64,000 nucleotides of DNA, from contig CAVHXY010000007.1 in NCBI GenBank assembly GCA_963640325.1, positions 29,668 through 93,667 of the forward strand, written 5' to 3'. Origin of the DNA: Tidjanibacter sp. (GTDB taxonomy: Bacteria > Bacteroidota > Bacteroidia > Bacteroidales > Rikenellaceae). Both the position numbers and the translations under genes were made by a program. The notes below the pieces were generated by a model. That model ran no database searches, was not told the origin of the DNA, and was given only the letters and a program-made list of their open reading frames with translations. Positions 40,332-51,638 of this stretch are shown in pieces. Numbering within the stretch: the first letter of the stretch is position 1; each line of letters starts with the position of its first letter.

Positions 40332-42785
40332 TCAGAATTCGTAGGTCAATGTAATGTAACAATTGCGCGGATAGGCATAGCAGCATTTGTTGCCATAGGG
40401 CTTGTAGTATGTTGTTGTGGAGGTGCGGGTCTTCTTGAATCGCATCTGTTCATACGAACCGTACACCGTGTCTCGTCTATCAAGCAGATTACGCACCGCA
40501 ACCGACAATGCCAGCGAACTTCCGCCCAATCGGAATTTGTGATACAATGAAACATCCAAATTCCCGGCGGCAGGAAGCTCCTCCTGGGCATGCCAGTTGT
40601 CCGCTTCCTCCTGCGACGATGCCATCGAAAGCATGCGGTCTGTACGGCGCAAGGCAGACACAGTAGCATAACGGCCCGCTGTGCAGGAGTAGTCTACATT
40701 AATCCACCACGAGCCGAACAGGTCATACGAAGCCCCCAGTAGGAAGAGTTTCTGCGGTGATTGTCCGGACACCAGACCTTTCATGCGGCTCGTCCCATCT
40801 TTCAGCAACAGTTCCCCGTCCACGTCACGGTAGATGTCCACTCGGGGATTGGTCGTATATTTATAGGAATTATAGGCTGCCGCCACCGTAAACGACAGTC
40901 GAGACGATACTTCCACTTCCATGCCAGCCTCCACCCCGCTATTCTGCGTGCCAACATCGGACAAGGTCATATCGCAATAGACTCCCAGGGCATCATCATA
41001 ATATCTCATAATGTCATTCGCGTTGTCCGTTCTGTTCCAATAGGCCGAAAAGTCGAACGACACTCCCCTCGCCTTGAGAGCCAATCTCGCATCCATACCA
41101 TAGACCGAAGTGTTCACCACCTTGTCTGCCATCTGATTCGATGCCTGCGGGGCAAGGAATATGTCATCGTAAGAGGGCTCGTACTCGGCTGCAAATGCAG
41201 AAAGAGCCACACTGCCGTTGGCAGATAGGGCATAACGCACAGCCGCCCGCAATGAATATGTTGTCATGGATATCTTATGCGAACGTCCCTGGTAACCGTC
41301 GGCCACCGTTTCCTTGCGGAAATGTCCCAACCGCTGAAGAGACACAAAAGAGAGCTCCCCACCAAGATCAAACCTCCAGCGTTCCTTGATGCGGGTCATG
41401 TTATCATAAACATTCAGAGCCCTTCGCTGCATGGTGTAGTTGTATCCGAATTCGTCTCCTTGATGCACCATACGATCGGGACGGTTCATATCGTTATGGA
41501 ACTTGTCACCATATTCGACATCGTCTATCAGATACTGGTCTATATCGTATATCCATTCACCGCCCAACATATCGTCCACCCGTTTGTAGTAACGGGAACT
41601 GTCGTTGCGGTATCTGATGCCATAGGCGTTTTCCACACCGGCCGGTGAACGGCTCGTACCCGTCAAGGCAATCTGGTAGTCACTCTTGTGCTCCACACGG
41701 TCATCCAGCACATAGACTGCCCTTCCGTCTCCCATGGAGTTCTGATACCACATTTCGTCCCATCCGACCTGCGTATAGCGTTCGTCACCATGACGCCATG
41801 CATCAGCCACCTCCTGGCCAACCGTCTCATCGGTATAGCTGCTCGGCAGATATGCATATGTATCCGGCAGAGGCGAAAGCGCATCAAACCATGTAAATCC
41901 GCTACGGCTACGGTATCCCGAGCGATACATTGCCGAAACGGAGAGTATAGTGTTATCAATGGGAGCGAAATCATATGTCAAAGCCGACAAACCGGTAAAC
42001 TCCTTACGCACATTGGAACTACGCTCGCGACCGTCATAAAATCCCCACGAAGGGTTGTAAAGATTGTCTGCCGTCAAATCGAAAGTTTCCTGTACTGCCC
42101 ATGAACGCATGCCCCGTAATGATGGTGCAGCCAACAGGAATACTGACAGATTGTTTCCGTCTGAGAAATGGTGTTCCAGATCCAACGATGCATTGGCTGC
42201 CTCGGTAAACACTCCACGTACAAAACGGTCGCGCCCTGCACGGCCTGCGACATTGATGGCATAATCGGTTTTGCCTGCCAATCGTCCTGCAGACGAAAAA
42301 GTCACGGAACCACGGTAGTTGCGCTCGGCATATTGCAACCGCAGGCGATGTCCCTCTCTCATGTCCGATGCCCTCACCGAATATGTCTCCATGGAGGCAT
42401 CCGACATCGTGCCGAACTGTGCTCCTGTACCCGCATTGGCCACCGAATAATACGGCTGCACTCGTCTCAATAAAGACACGAGAGAGTAATCCGGATAGCG
42501 GTCAAATGCAGACGAGAGTTCCAGGCCATTGAGAAAATAGCGTTCATGGCGCGGTTCTGACGCACGGTGTGAATGGTTCACGAACGAGAATCCGTAGCGG
42601 GATTCACGTTCAAGCAACGTTTCGCTGCCCGCAAGCGGCAACCGGTAAAAAAGAGTGTCGCTTGTATCCAGTTCCCAACGGATATTCTCTTCGGGATTCT
42701 CTTCGTAATACTTGCTGCTCATCTGCTGTGCACACAGCGGTACCGTAAATAGCAGAGTAATTATGGTGATACCGTTCCTGTACAT
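40332..42785 (-). CDS. TonB-dependent receptor-like outer membrane protein
   Basis: Signal peptide, YNPSWG, DMLGG, VRNLLD, C-terminal YITLTYEF beta-signal. Confidence 0.8.
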   Translation of the reverse strand: MYRNGITIITLLFTVPLCAQQMSSKYYEENPEENIRWELDTSDTLFYRLPLAGSETLLERESRYGFSFVNHSHRASEPRHERYFLNGLELSSAFDRYPDYSLVSLLRRVQPYYSVANAGTGAQFGTMSDASMETYSVRASDMREGHRLRLQYAERNYRGSVTFSSAGRLAGKTDYAINVAGRAGRDRFVRGVFTEAANASLDLEHHFSDGNNLSVFLLAAPSLRGMRSWAVQETFDLTADNLYNPSWGFYDGRERSSNVRKEFTGLSALTYDFAPIDNTILSVSAMYRSGYRSRSGFTWFDALSPLPDTYAYLPSSYTDETVGQEVADAWRHGDERYTQVGWDEMWYQNSMGDGRAVYVLDDRVEHKSDYQIALTGTSRSPAGVENAYGIRYRNDSSRYYKRVDDMLGGEWIYDIDQYLIDDVEYGDKFHNDMNRPDRMVHQGDEFGYNYTMQRRALNVYDNMTRIKERWRFDLGGELSFVSLQRLGHFRKETVADGYQGRSHKISMTTYSLRAAVRYALSANGSVALSAFAAEYEPSYDDIFLAPQASNQMADKVVNTSVYGMDARLALKARGVSFDFSAYWNRTDNANDIMRYYDDALGVYCDMTLSDVGTQNSGVEAGMEVEVSSRLSFTVAAAYNSYKYTTNPRVDIYRDVDGELLLKDGTSRMKGLVSGQSPQKLFLLGASYDLFGSWWINVDYSCTAGRYATVSALRRTDRMLSMASSQEEADNWHAQEELPAAGNLDVSLYHKFRLGGSSLALSVAVRNLLDRRDTVYGSYEQMRFKKTRTSTTTYYKPYGNKCCYAYPRNCYITLTYEF

Positions 42786-42818
42786 GGCCGACTGTGAGGT
42801 TAATGGCACCAAGGCACA

Positions 42819-43613
42819 CTATGCCAGATATTTTTCAGGAACCTTGCAACACGGTATAGGCGACATCTTATGGGCATTGGCCCGCTTGCGACGGAGAAAT
42901 ATCTCATACACCTCGCGTTGTCTTTCGTTGAACTCACTGCCGTCAGCCCCAGATTCATACATCTCCATAGCCCATTCCAATTCGGGATACGATGCGCCTA
43001 TCTGGTCTTCGTCACTGCGGTCATCACCGAAAAGTCCGTCAGTGGGTTTGGCCTTTATTATCGACTGGGAAACCCCCAGATATTCTGCCAGTGTCCACAC
43101 CTGTGTTTTGGTCAGGTCAGCAATGGGGCTGATATCCACTCCTCCGTCTCCGTATTTGGTAAAGAACCCCACTCCGAAATCCTCCACCTTGTTGCCGGTA
43201 CCGACCACCAGGAGACCGTTTACGCCTGCAAAGTAATACAAAGCCGTCATACGCAGTCTCGACCGGGTATTGGCACAGGTAAGTTCCGTTGTGGCGCAAG
43301 CCTTTGTATTTGCCGGAAATGAGCCGATGAAACTATCATAGCTTCCGGTCAGATCAACATCTTCGCTCTCGACATTGGCATAATTGGCCTTCAGCCAATC
43401 GATATGCTCCTGAGCCCTATCGACATGCGACTGGGCCTGATGTATGGGTAATGTCACGCACAACGTACGGTGTCCTGTTTTGGCGGCCAGTGTTGAACAC
43501 AAGGCAGAGTCTATTCCGCCCGAAATCCCCACCACGAAGCCTTTTGCTCCGCAAGCATTACAATAATCATCCAGCCAACCGACAATGTATTCGGTCAATC
43601 CTTTGCAATCCAT
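42819..43613 (-). CDS. nadE: NH3-dependent NAD+ synthetase
   Basis: GISGGIDS, RSRLRM, TKYGDGG, PTDGL. Confidence 0.96.
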   Translation of the reverse strand: MDCKGLTEYIVGWLDDYCNACGAKGFVVGISGGIDSALCSTLAAKTGHRTLCVTLPIHQAQSHVDRAQEHIDWLKANYANVESEDVDLTGSYDSFIGSFPANTKACATTELTCANTRSRLRMTALYYFAGVNGLLVVGTGNKVEDFGVGFFTKYGDGGVDISPIADLTKTQVWTLAEYLGVSQSIIKAKPTDGLFGDDRSDEDQIGASYPELEWAMEMYESGADGSEFNERQREVYEIFLRRKRANAHKMSPIPCCKVPEKYLA

Positions 43614-43627
43614 AGCACTAAAAACCG

Positions 43628-45322
43628 TTAAAAGTTGATAATGACTCCCGCCATGACGTTAGCGCCGAGACAGGGGTAGTAATTGTATTCATAAAGCCTC
43701 TCCCCAAGCAGATTCCGGCCACGCAGGAAGACAACGATACTGTCACGTATCGAATAACGGCCCTCCACATTCAAATCCAGTGTGGGATCAACAATCTTTC
43801 CGTAATAGACCAATCCGTCATGATGGACTATGCTGCCCACATAGGAGTTGTCTGCAACAGAGGCGAAAGTTCTCTTGCCCAAGAGTTCCGCCCCCGCTTT
43901 AAGCGATAGTTTCCCATTGCGGTATCTTACATTAGCCTCTGCTCGGTATTCCGGAACTCCAGTTCCGTCATAAAGTTGCTGAAGGTTATAGTCTTCGGCA
44001 TCCTTCACCGTAACCGAATTATATCGTCCGGACACATCGGCAGAGAGTCTTCTGGAAACCCGCACATTGGCCTTGGCCGAGAAATATAGTATATTGACAG
44101 CCGTGCCGTAGATGGTGAAACGTGGCGAACGGTCTATGTTTACGAACTGGTTATATTTGTCATTTATGTCATAGCCGACATTCAGGTCCATATCGACTGT
44201 CGATGTCGTTATATTCAAGCCACCTTTCATGTTGAGATGGGCATTGAATTTGTCTATAAGCAATCCGTTGGACATGTACGGATTCTCGTATGCCAGGACC
44301 CGCATGCTGTTGTCCTCCACTCCTCCATCAATATCGATATATGGTTTTACCACCCCACCGATATTGTATCCCAACTTGAATATGGGGAATAGTGCATTGC
44401 GGTTTGTGGCATATCGCGCCCCTACATCAAAGGTAAACCGCTCGTCTCTACTCAGCGAGTATACGGCCGAGAACTTGTAGCTACTGCCGCTCTGTCCCTT
44501 CATGACACCGCCATCGGCTGCATGCAGCCATATAAATCCCAACATCAACGGTCTGCCCGCCACATTGACTCCTGCATCAATGAAGGTGTTCATCTCCCAC
44601 TGGATATACTTCTCGTCCAGACCTTTGGTGTGTTGGTTGAAATATATTCCCTGCACGCGGATACGGGCATTAAGACGGGAAAGGTCCGTAAAATCGCTGC
44701 CAATCGTAAAATTACCCACCACGTCATCGTACAAAAGCCGCGGGCCAGACGAGAAGTCGGTATTCATGAGCGAATATCCGCCATAAGGTGCCAGATCGCG
44801 GGTGCGGTATTCCATATCGAACTGCATGTTTCCTCCTCGCTCAAAACGGTTTTGCACGAAAGCCCCCAGACGGCTGTCTGCCGTACGTGCCGACAGTTTG
44901 TGGGACATGTCATTCTCTATCTTGGCGAACTGTCCTTCGTGATTGAGATAGGCTCCTATAGATATATTCTTCTGAGTATGGGGCGAATAGTATATATTGG
45001 CCAAACTCTGCAGGGGACCTCCCATTCCCAACTCGGCAAAGAGGCTACTGGATTCCTCCCATTTGACCACACTCACCCCCACGGCTGCAATCGGTTCGGG
45101 AGCATAGACACTCATCCATGCAGTGGGGGTAATGGAGTAGTCCACCTGCGGATGCAATTTGACGGTATCTGCCATACGTGGAGTGACATCTATTTTTTCG
45201 GCACGCTCGGCAGCAGGCACATAGTCTCTTGTAACCTCTATGCGCCGCGACAGCCCGTCATCCTGCGCCACCGCAAGTGTCACACTCAAAAGTGCCGATA
45301 TGGCTATAATCATCTTCTTCAT
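43628..45322 (-). CDS. Outer-membrane beta-barrel (TonB-dependent receptor-like) protein paired with TPR protein
   Basis: Signal peptide, IEVTRDYVP, RNLLG..Y, C-terminal GVIINF. Confidence 0.72.
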   Translation of the reverse strand: MKKMIIAISALLSVTLAVAQDDGLSRRIEVTRDYVPAAERAEKIDVTPRMADTVKLHPQVDYSITPTAWMSVYAPEPIAAVGVSVVKWEESSSLFAELGMGGPLQSLANIYYSPHTQKNISIGAYLNHEGQFAKIENDMSHKLSARTADSRLGAFVQNRFERGGNMQFDMEYRTRDLAPYGGYSLMNTDFSSGPRLLYDDVVGNFTIGSDFTDLSRLNARIRVQGIYFNQHTKGLDEKYIQWEMNTFIDAGVNVAGRPLMLGFIWLHAADGGVMKGQSGSSYKFSAVYSLSRDERFTFDVGARYATNRNALFPIFKLGYNIGGVVKPYIDIDGGVEDNSMRVLAYENPYMSNGLLIDKFNAHLNMKGGLNITTSTVDMDLNVGYDINDKYNQFVNIDRSPRFTIYGTAVNILYFSAKANVRVSRRLSADVSGRYNSVTVKDAEDYNLQQLYDGTGVPEYRAEANVRYRNGKLSLKAGAELLGKRTFASVADNSYVGSIVHHDGLVYYGKIVDPTLDLNVEGRYSIRDSIVVFLRGRNLLGERLYEYNYYPCLGANVMAGVIINF

Positions 45323-45335
45323 CTCTTCTCTACAT

Positions 45336-48320
45336 TTACTTTAGGTTCCTGATTCGCTCCTGGGCTTCGGCCGTTATGCCGTCATCGGCATTAGAATACC
45401 CGTCCACAATACTTTGGTATGTAGCTCTTGCCTGAAAAGCATCTCCCATATCGGAATAGATGTCACCCAGCGTTATGAATGCCTTGCCCAGCCAATAGGT
45501 ATGCGGCGAATTCTTGTCGGCAAAATCGTAAATCAACTCCTCGGCCCGTTTGCTGTCGCCCGTAGTGTAGGCATTCTCTATCATACGATAGGTCGCCTCT
45601 GCTCCCTCCTCGCTTGTTACATCCTTGCCCAATCGCTCATATATCTCCTGAGCCGCTGTATTATTGTCCTTGGCCGAAAGTGCCCGAGCTTTGGCATAGA
45701 GAGCCTTTCGCTCCACTGTGGCATCTACATCCGCATGTCCAAGCACCTCATCGGCTGCCGCTATGATTCTTTCATTGTCCCCCATAGCTACCGACATCTC
45801 CACATACTTGGCCAAAGCCCTCTGACGTGTGGCGGTGTTGCGTGACACCACACTCAACTTCTTGCTCGCCTCGGCTGCATTCTGATAATCATGCAGCTCC
45901 GAAGTCAAATCAATGAGACGTTCCAAACCTCGTTCCGTAAAATCATTGTAGGACAAATCCGAAAGGCGGGTCAGCAAATCCACCGCCCCGTTGCGGTCAC
46001 CGGATGATATGGCGCATTCACTGCCGTAATAATAGGATTGGGCGACATAGGCGCCCTTGGGATAGTTCGTAATGTATTTCCCGAATGCCTCTGCTGCTTG
46101 TGTGCGGTCTCCGTTCATGAAGAGACGCTGTGCAGCGGCAAACTCAAGCGAATCACGTTGCATCACCCCCATGTCGGTTTCCAGGCCTTTGCTTCTGGCA
46201 TATTTGAAGTATTCATCCACCTTGTTCTCATCGACATATATATTGCGGATTTCGTTGAGGGCATTCTTCGACTCTGCTGTCGAATACGCTCTGTCCACTA
46301 TCATCCCATAGTACTTCAGCGCCCGAGTGTTGTCATTGAGATTGCGATAGATCAATCCCAAGTTGGAGAGGGCTGTCAGATACTGTTTAGATGACGGATA
46401 TCTTGTCACATATTTTTCGAGCGTAGTCGCTGCCTGGGAGAACTGTTCCTGCACCATGTAGGTCCGCCCCAATTCATACATGGCATCGTCCACATAATCA
46501 CCCCTCCCCTGTGAAATTATCTCATTCAGAGACTCTATCTTGCGTGGCACCCTGTCAACCAGTCCCAACATCACGGCACGACGGTATGCAGCGTAATACC
46601 CCTCGTTGACAGATGAATTCAATGCTCCGTCATAATACTCTATGGCCTTCCAAAACGAACGGCCAGCTGCGGCAATGTCTCCCATTCTGTTGTACGCATC
46701 GGCTCTGAAACGGTCATTGTCGGTGTGCTGTTCTATGAACCTGTCAAACCAATTTTGGGCCTTTGAGAGATTGTTGTCATTGTAATAGGCATAGGCGGCA
46801 TTGTAGTAGGCATACGTGTGTTCCACCTCGCTCGCCGGCGAATTGCGCACGTACTCCTCATACTTGGCAGATGCACTCTTGTAGTCACCCTGACGGTAGT
46901 ATGTCTCCCCTATCCAGAAAGTCGCAAGTGCGGTATATTTTGCCGAATATTTATACTGGGCCGACTCGTTCAGATAGTTTTGCGCTGCACTGTAGTCACC
47001 GTCATTGAATGCCTCCAGTCCTCTGAAATAGGCAATCTTCTGCAAGGCCGATTTCATGTTGTTGTCGGGGTCGGGATATCGTTTTATGGCATCGTATGCC
47101 GCATTGTAATTCTTTGAATTGTAGTAAGCCGCAATCAGATACTCCTCTGCTTCGGCCTTGCGTAGTGACGACGGATAGAGCGTCAGATAGCGGTTCAGCA
47201 CATTGATTGCTTCGTCGAAATAGCCTCCACCCGAGGCATACTGCATCTTTCCGTAATTGAACAGAGCGTCCTCCTTGATGGTGTCATCGAAACCACTTGT
47301 CGAAGCAATCGAAAACGACTGCATCGCACGCTCCGTATCACCAAGCTTGAGATAACAGTCACCCAAATGATAGCTGGCATTCTGCGAAAGGGCATCATCG
47401 GGACCACATGCCTTCGAAAGATATCTCTCCGCCTCGGCATACTCATCAAGCATATAGTGGGCATATCCGGCCATATAGTTCTCTTCGCGGGCCATAATGC
47501 CTCCCATGGAGACATAACGCGTCATGAAATCACACACATTCTCCCATGCCTCCTTGGCGAACCACGCCTCGGACACCATTCGCACCACCTCGGCAAGTCT
47601 CTCGCCCACTGCGACCCTCATCACCTGCGCATAGTTATTCACCACATAGTCATAATTGCCCTCCAGGAACTCAATCTGCAACAGATAGAACAGCACCACC
47701 TCTCCATAAGATGCATCCTGCGCAAGCGAACCGAAATACTTCTTGGCCGACGGGTAGTTCTTGTTCATATAGTCCATATAGCCGAAATAGTAGGAAATGG
47801 AGGGGCCATATTCACCGGCAGTGTCAACATTGTCGAAATAGGCACGGGCTGTGTCGTAATCACCCTCCATGAATGAACAGTAGCCTATATTGAAATAGTA
47901 TTCGTCCATGTTGACATCCAGGTGTGACACCCGCACTTGTCTGTACAACTGTGCGGCCTCGTCATGACGACCTCGTTCAAACAGCATTCCGGCCAAACGG
48001 TATTTTACCTTGTCACTGTAGATTGAAGCGGAGTATCTTTCAAGATATTGTTCCAGCGGAGCAGTATTATCATTCATATAGGAAGAGCTCACAGCCTTGT
48101 AGTATTCCGTTTCATGCTCGGCGAACTTGTCGTTTCCTATTGTTTTCGTCGCTACGGTCATCTCGTGATAGGCATCGGAATAGTTGCCTTTCTCAAACAG
48201 TTCCACGCCATTGCGGAAATGGGTTTCGAAATCATCCGCCGAACCGATCGCCGCAGCATAGGATTGTCCAGCCAATGACATCAACGACACCATCATCACG
48301 GATGCCAATTTCTCTCTCAT
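45336..48320 (-). CDS. Large tetratricopeptide repeat protein
   Basis: Signal peptide and many TPR-like helical repeats. Confidence 0.88.
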   Translation of the reverse strand: MREKLASVMMVSLMSLAGQSYAAAIGSADDFETHFRNGVELFEKGNYSDAYHEMTVATKTIGNDKFAEHETEYYKAVSSSYMNDNTAPLEQYLERYSASIYSDKVKYRLAGMLFERGRHDEAAQLYRQVRVSHLDVNMDEYYFNIGYCSFMEGDYDTARAYFDNVDTAGEYGPSISYYFGYMDYMNKNYPSAKKYFGSLAQDASYGEVVLFYLLQIEFLEGNYDYVVNNYAQVMRVAVGERLAEVVRMVSEAWFAKEAWENVCDFMTRYVSMGGIMAREENYMAGYAHYMLDEYAEAERYLSKACGPDDALSQNASYHLGDCYLKLGDTERAMQSFSIASTSGFDDTIKEDALFNYGKMQYASGGGYFDEAINVLNRYLTLYPSSLRKAEAEEYLIAAYYNSKNYNAAYDAIKRYPDPDNNMKSALQKIAYFRGLEAFNDGDYSAAQNYLNESAQYKYSAKYTALATFWIGETYYRQGDYKSASAKYEEYVRNSPASEVEHTYAYYNAAYAYYNDNNLSKAQNWFDRFIEQHTDNDRFRADAYNRMGDIAAAGRSFWKAIEYYDGALNSSVNEGYYAAYRRAVMLGLVDRVPRKIESLNEIISQGRGDYVDDAMYELGRTYMVQEQFSQAATTLEKYVTRYPSSKQYLTALSNLGLIYRNLNDNTRALKYYGMIVDRAYSTAESKNALNEIRNIYVDENKVDEYFKYARSKGLETDMGVMQRDSLEFAAAQRLFMNGDRTQAAEAFGKYITNYPKGAYVAQSYYYGSECAISSGDRNGAVDLLTRLSDLSYNDFTERGLERLIDLTSELHDYQNAAEASKKLSVVSRNTATRQRALAKYVEMSVAMGDNERIIAAADEVLGHADVDATVERKALYAKARALSAKDNNTAAQEIYERLGKDVTSEEGAEATYRMIENAYTTGDSKRAEELIYDFADKNSPHTYWLGKAFITLGDIYSDMGDAFQARATYQSIVDGYSNADDGITAEAQERIRNLK

Positions 48321-48436
48321 AGCACAATCATTTAGACTTCTTCAAACATACAAATATAAAAAATAAAATCCATGCCCCAAGTCAACCCTGTACTATTATT
48401 AACGCCATTGCACTACAGTCACAACCAGAACAAACA

Positions 48437-48470
48437 AGACCGGAGATGTCCGCAAGGACATCTCCGGTCT
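48437..48470 (-). terminator. Intrinsic terminator hairpin
   Basis: AGACCGGAGATGTCC-GCAA-GGACATCTCCGGTCT. Confidence 0.75.
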
Positions 48471-48492
48471 GTTAGCAGGATTTCGGCCTTGT

Positions 48493-49635
48493 CTACTTTT
48501 CCGCCTTCTGCGACATTCGTTCGGGATTGATATACCAGAAAGTGCGCTTATCCTTTATCACACCGTCATGCAATGTCACCACACCGCCCTTGGCGCGCAT
48601 TAGGATATTGAGGGCCGAATCATCCATATTGTAGCACTTGACTTCGTAATCGCCAATCTCTATCAGATTGTCTTCAACCGCCGATGCCGTCACGCACACT
48701 ACCCGTTGGTCGTGCTCCTCGGCATACTTTATCAACTGCGAGAAGTGCGCTATCATATTGTCGCTGATCCGGTCCGTAGTCTGGATACAGATAACGTAAG
48801 TTGTCCCTTCATAATCGAGCAACTCCGATGTCACTTCGCCCTGGCTGTCGAACAAAATGAAATCATTCACCGTTATATCTACACTCTTCTCCTCGGCTCC
48901 GTCTACCCATGTCTCCACAAACTCCCATTTGTCCGTATCATACCATGTCGTGTCATCAAGAGTAAAGTTGACCACCTCGCCACTCTCTATATTACGGCAC
49001 CTTACGACTGTCTTGATCTCCTCGTCCGGAAGATTGGCCAATGCATAGCGCAAGTCGGTACCCTCCTTGAAAGGCAACAGGTCTATGATGGGCAAATGGC
49101 GGTAACAGTACGTACCGAGCAACCCCGTGAGTCCCATGAATACAAATGTAAGCACCCCCTCCCTCACTGTGAACGGGAAGAAATGACGGTCGCGCTCGGC
49201 CCACCACATTATCGCACTCATAGGCCACAGGACAAGATTCTTGAAGAATGACTGCCATGGAGTGAGTTTTATGGCAGCACCAAAACACCCACAATCCTTT
49301 ATGGGTGTGTAGATTGCCACATAAAGCGTCACGAATGTAAAAATAGTCATCGACACCACCGAAAATACTGAGATAAGTCTCAGGCGCACCCTGAACATCA
49401 GCATGCACCCCATCATCATCTCTGCAGCACACAGCCATATCGCAAGAGCCATCTTGCAATCCAGCAATGCCGTCCATCCCAGGACGGTCAGATATTCCTG
49501 CATTTTGAGTGATGTTCCCCACGGGTCAATGGTCTTTACGAAACCCGATATGATGAATATGACGGCTATCACATACCGGCAAATGTCCGGTATCCTGGTC
49601 GCCTTGAGTTTGGTTCTGAATTCTTGATTTAACAT
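48493..49635 (-). CDS. DoxX/MauE-like membrane protein (BT_3928 family)
   Basis: FIISGFVKTIDPWG, DCGCFG, HLPIIDLLPF. Confidence 0.85.
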   Translation of the reverse strand: MLNQEFRTKLKATRIPDICRYVIAVIFIISGFVKTIDPWGTSLKMQEYLTVLGWTALLDCKMALAIWLCAAEMMMGCMLMFRVRLRLISVFSVVSMTIFTFVTLYVAIYTPIKDCGCFGAAIKLTPWQSFFKNLVLWPMSAIMWWAERDRHFFPFTVREGVLTFVFMGLTGLLGTYCYRHLPIIDLLPFKEGTDLRYALANLPDEEIKTVVRCRNIESGEVVNFTLDDTTWYDTDKWEFVETWVDGAEEKSVDITVNDFILFDSQGEVTSELLDYEGTTYVICIQTTDRISDNMIAHFSQLIKYAEEHDQRVVCVTASAVEDNLIEIGDYEVKCYNMDDSALNILMRAKGGVVTLHDGVIKDKRTFWYINPERMSQKAEK

Positions 49636-49727
49636 CTATTCTCATTTACACCTCCCCCGAAGAGGCATAAGCTTTGTTTGTTGTATTGTTGTTGTTCCGT
49701 TTCTGCTTTATTCCATTATCGCCATTT

Positions 49728-50408
49728 TCACAAATAACGCTCCACATGCACAATGATGCGGCCAAATATCGTCTCCGCATCAGCCATTGCCCCGTTTGCA
49801 TCGCTGCAATCCACTATCTCCATGCCCGCACGTTCATCATCGGCAAGGCTCAGATAGGTCTCCCGGACCCTGCGCTGCAACTCCAACGATGACTCATGGA
49901 TGTCCTTGGCACCATTGAGATAATTGCGGTCATCTCCTTCTCGCACCTGCGTCAACCGACTGACAGTGAAGCCGAAAGGCACGTCCAAAAAGAGAGACAC
50001 GTCAGGTTTGGGAATCGCAAATTTAGCAAATTCCATGTTCAAAATCCAATCTTTAAGCGCATTTTTAGCCTCCGGGTCCTCTATCTTGGCGCACTGGTAG
50101 CCTATATTCGACAGAACATACCGGTCGGCTATCACGCAATGTCCTGCCGAGAGCCAGCCACGAATCATTTCTGCAGCCTCCGCCCGGTCGCCAGCATAGA
50201 GCAACGCAACGAGATAGGGGTTTACATCGGCCGTACCGCCGAACTCGCCTCGTAGGAATCGGGCTATCATATCACCATATACCGGTGTGTCGAAACGCGG
50301 AAAATGGAGCAGATCCACTTCTCGTCCCTTTTCGCGCAGCATATTCGCCAACATCTTTATCTGCGTCGACTTGCCCGCACCGTCCAGTCCTTCGAGTACT
50401 ATAAACAT
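49728..50408 (-). CDS. tmk: Thymidylate kinase
   Basis: EGLDGAGKST, DRYVLSN, DIHE. Confidence 0.93.
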   Translation of the reverse strand: MFIVLEGLDGAGKSTQIKMLANMLREKGREVDLLHFPRFDTPVYGDMIARFLRGEFGGTADVNPYLVALLYAGDRAEAAEMIRGWLSAGHCVIADRYVLSNIGYQCAKIEDPEAKNALKDWILNMEFAKFAIPKPDVSLFLDVPFGFTVSRLTQVREGDDRNYLNGAKDIHESSLELQRRVRETYLSLADDERAGMEIVDCSDANGAMADAETIFGRIIVHVERYL

Positions 50409-50414
50409 ATCGCC

Positions 50415-51638
50415 CTATCTTTTTTTCAACATCTTCACTGCACGTTCCACTCCGTTGCACAATGCTTCGGCTTCGGCCTCTGTATTGTATATCGCAAACG
50501 AGGCTCGGCACATGCCCTGCACACCATAGTGGCCCATCAACGGATCAGCACAATGCGCCCCAGTGCGTACGGCTATTCCCAGTTTGTCGAGAATCATGCC
50601 AAGATCGTAGTTGTGCACCCCTTCGACATTGAATGACACTATACTGCACTTGTGTGCCGCCTTGCCGTATATCCGTAGACCTTCAATCTTTTCCAGCTGT
50701 TCTGTGACATACTCCACAAGCCCCCATTCATGTCTTTCCACCTCTTGGAGGTCGAACCCTTTCAAATATTCAATCGCCTTTGCGAGACCTATTGCTCCAA
50801 TGTAGTTAGGAGTTCCGCTCTCGAATTTCAACGGTACATCGGCATAGGTAGTGCCTGTGAAAGAGACACGTTTTATCATGTCGCCGCCTCCCATAAATGG
50901 CGGCATCTTCTCCAACAGTTCCTTGCGTCCATAGAGTACTCCCGTACCGTTCGGACCATATAGTTTGTGCCCTGAAAATGCATAAAAGTCACAACCGATA
51001 CGCTGCACATCCGTCACACAATGCACCACCCCCTGACAACCGTCCAATGTAACCGGCACCCCCTTGGCATGTGCCTTACGGACGATGAGTTCCACATCGG
51101 GAATCGTGCCGAGCACATTGGATGCCTGTGTGACGGCCACCATTTTCGTACGGTCATCCATTAGGCTGTCAAGCATATCTATCTGCAGTTCTCCATCGTC
51201 ATTGATAGGCAACATGCGAATCTGCACTCCTTTCCGTTCGGCCACTATCTGCCACGGAACAATATTGGAGTGGTGCTCCATCTCGCTCACGATTATGTTG
51301 TCACCATCTTCAAATGCCAATTCGCCATAGCTGTAAGCCACCAGATTGAGCCCCGCAGTAGCCCCCGAGGTAAATATTATTTCCGACGGGGCTGCAGCTC
51401 CTATATACCCGGCCACCGTCCGACGCGCCTGTTCGTACAGTTCCGTACACTGTTCAGACATATAGTGAACACCACGGTGTACATTGGCATTCAGTTCACT
51501 GTACATCTTCTGCTCCGACATTATGACGCACCGTGGTTTCTGTCCCGTGGCGGCATTGTCGAGATAGACCAATGACCGGCCGTATACGGTGCGGGAGAGA
51601 ATCGGGAAATCGACCCGTATTTTATCTACATCGATCAT
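50415..51638 (-). CDS. sufS: Cysteine desulfurase SufS
   Basis: YLDNAAT, EHHSN, SGHK, RTGAHCA. Confidence 0.96.
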   Translation of the reverse strand: MIDVDKIRVDFPILSRTVYGRSLVYLDNAATGQKPRCVIMSEQKMYSELNANVHRGVHYMSEQCTELYEQARRTVAGYIGAAAPSEIIFTSGATAGLNLVAYSYGELAFEDGDNIIVSEMEHHSNIVPWQIVAERKGVQIRMLPINDDGELQIDMLDSLMDDRTKMVAVTQASNVLGTIPDVELIVRKAHAKGVPVTLDGCQGVVHCVTDVQRIGCDFYAFSGHKLYGPNGTGVLYGRKELLEKMPPFMGGGDMIKRVSFTGTTYADVPLKFESGTPNYIGAIGLAKAIEYLKGFDLQEVERHEWGLVEYVTEQLEKIEGLRIYGKAAHKCSIVSFNVEGVHNYDLGMILDKLGIAVRTGAHCADPLMGHYGVQGMCRASFAIYNTEAEAEALCNGVERAVKMLKKR

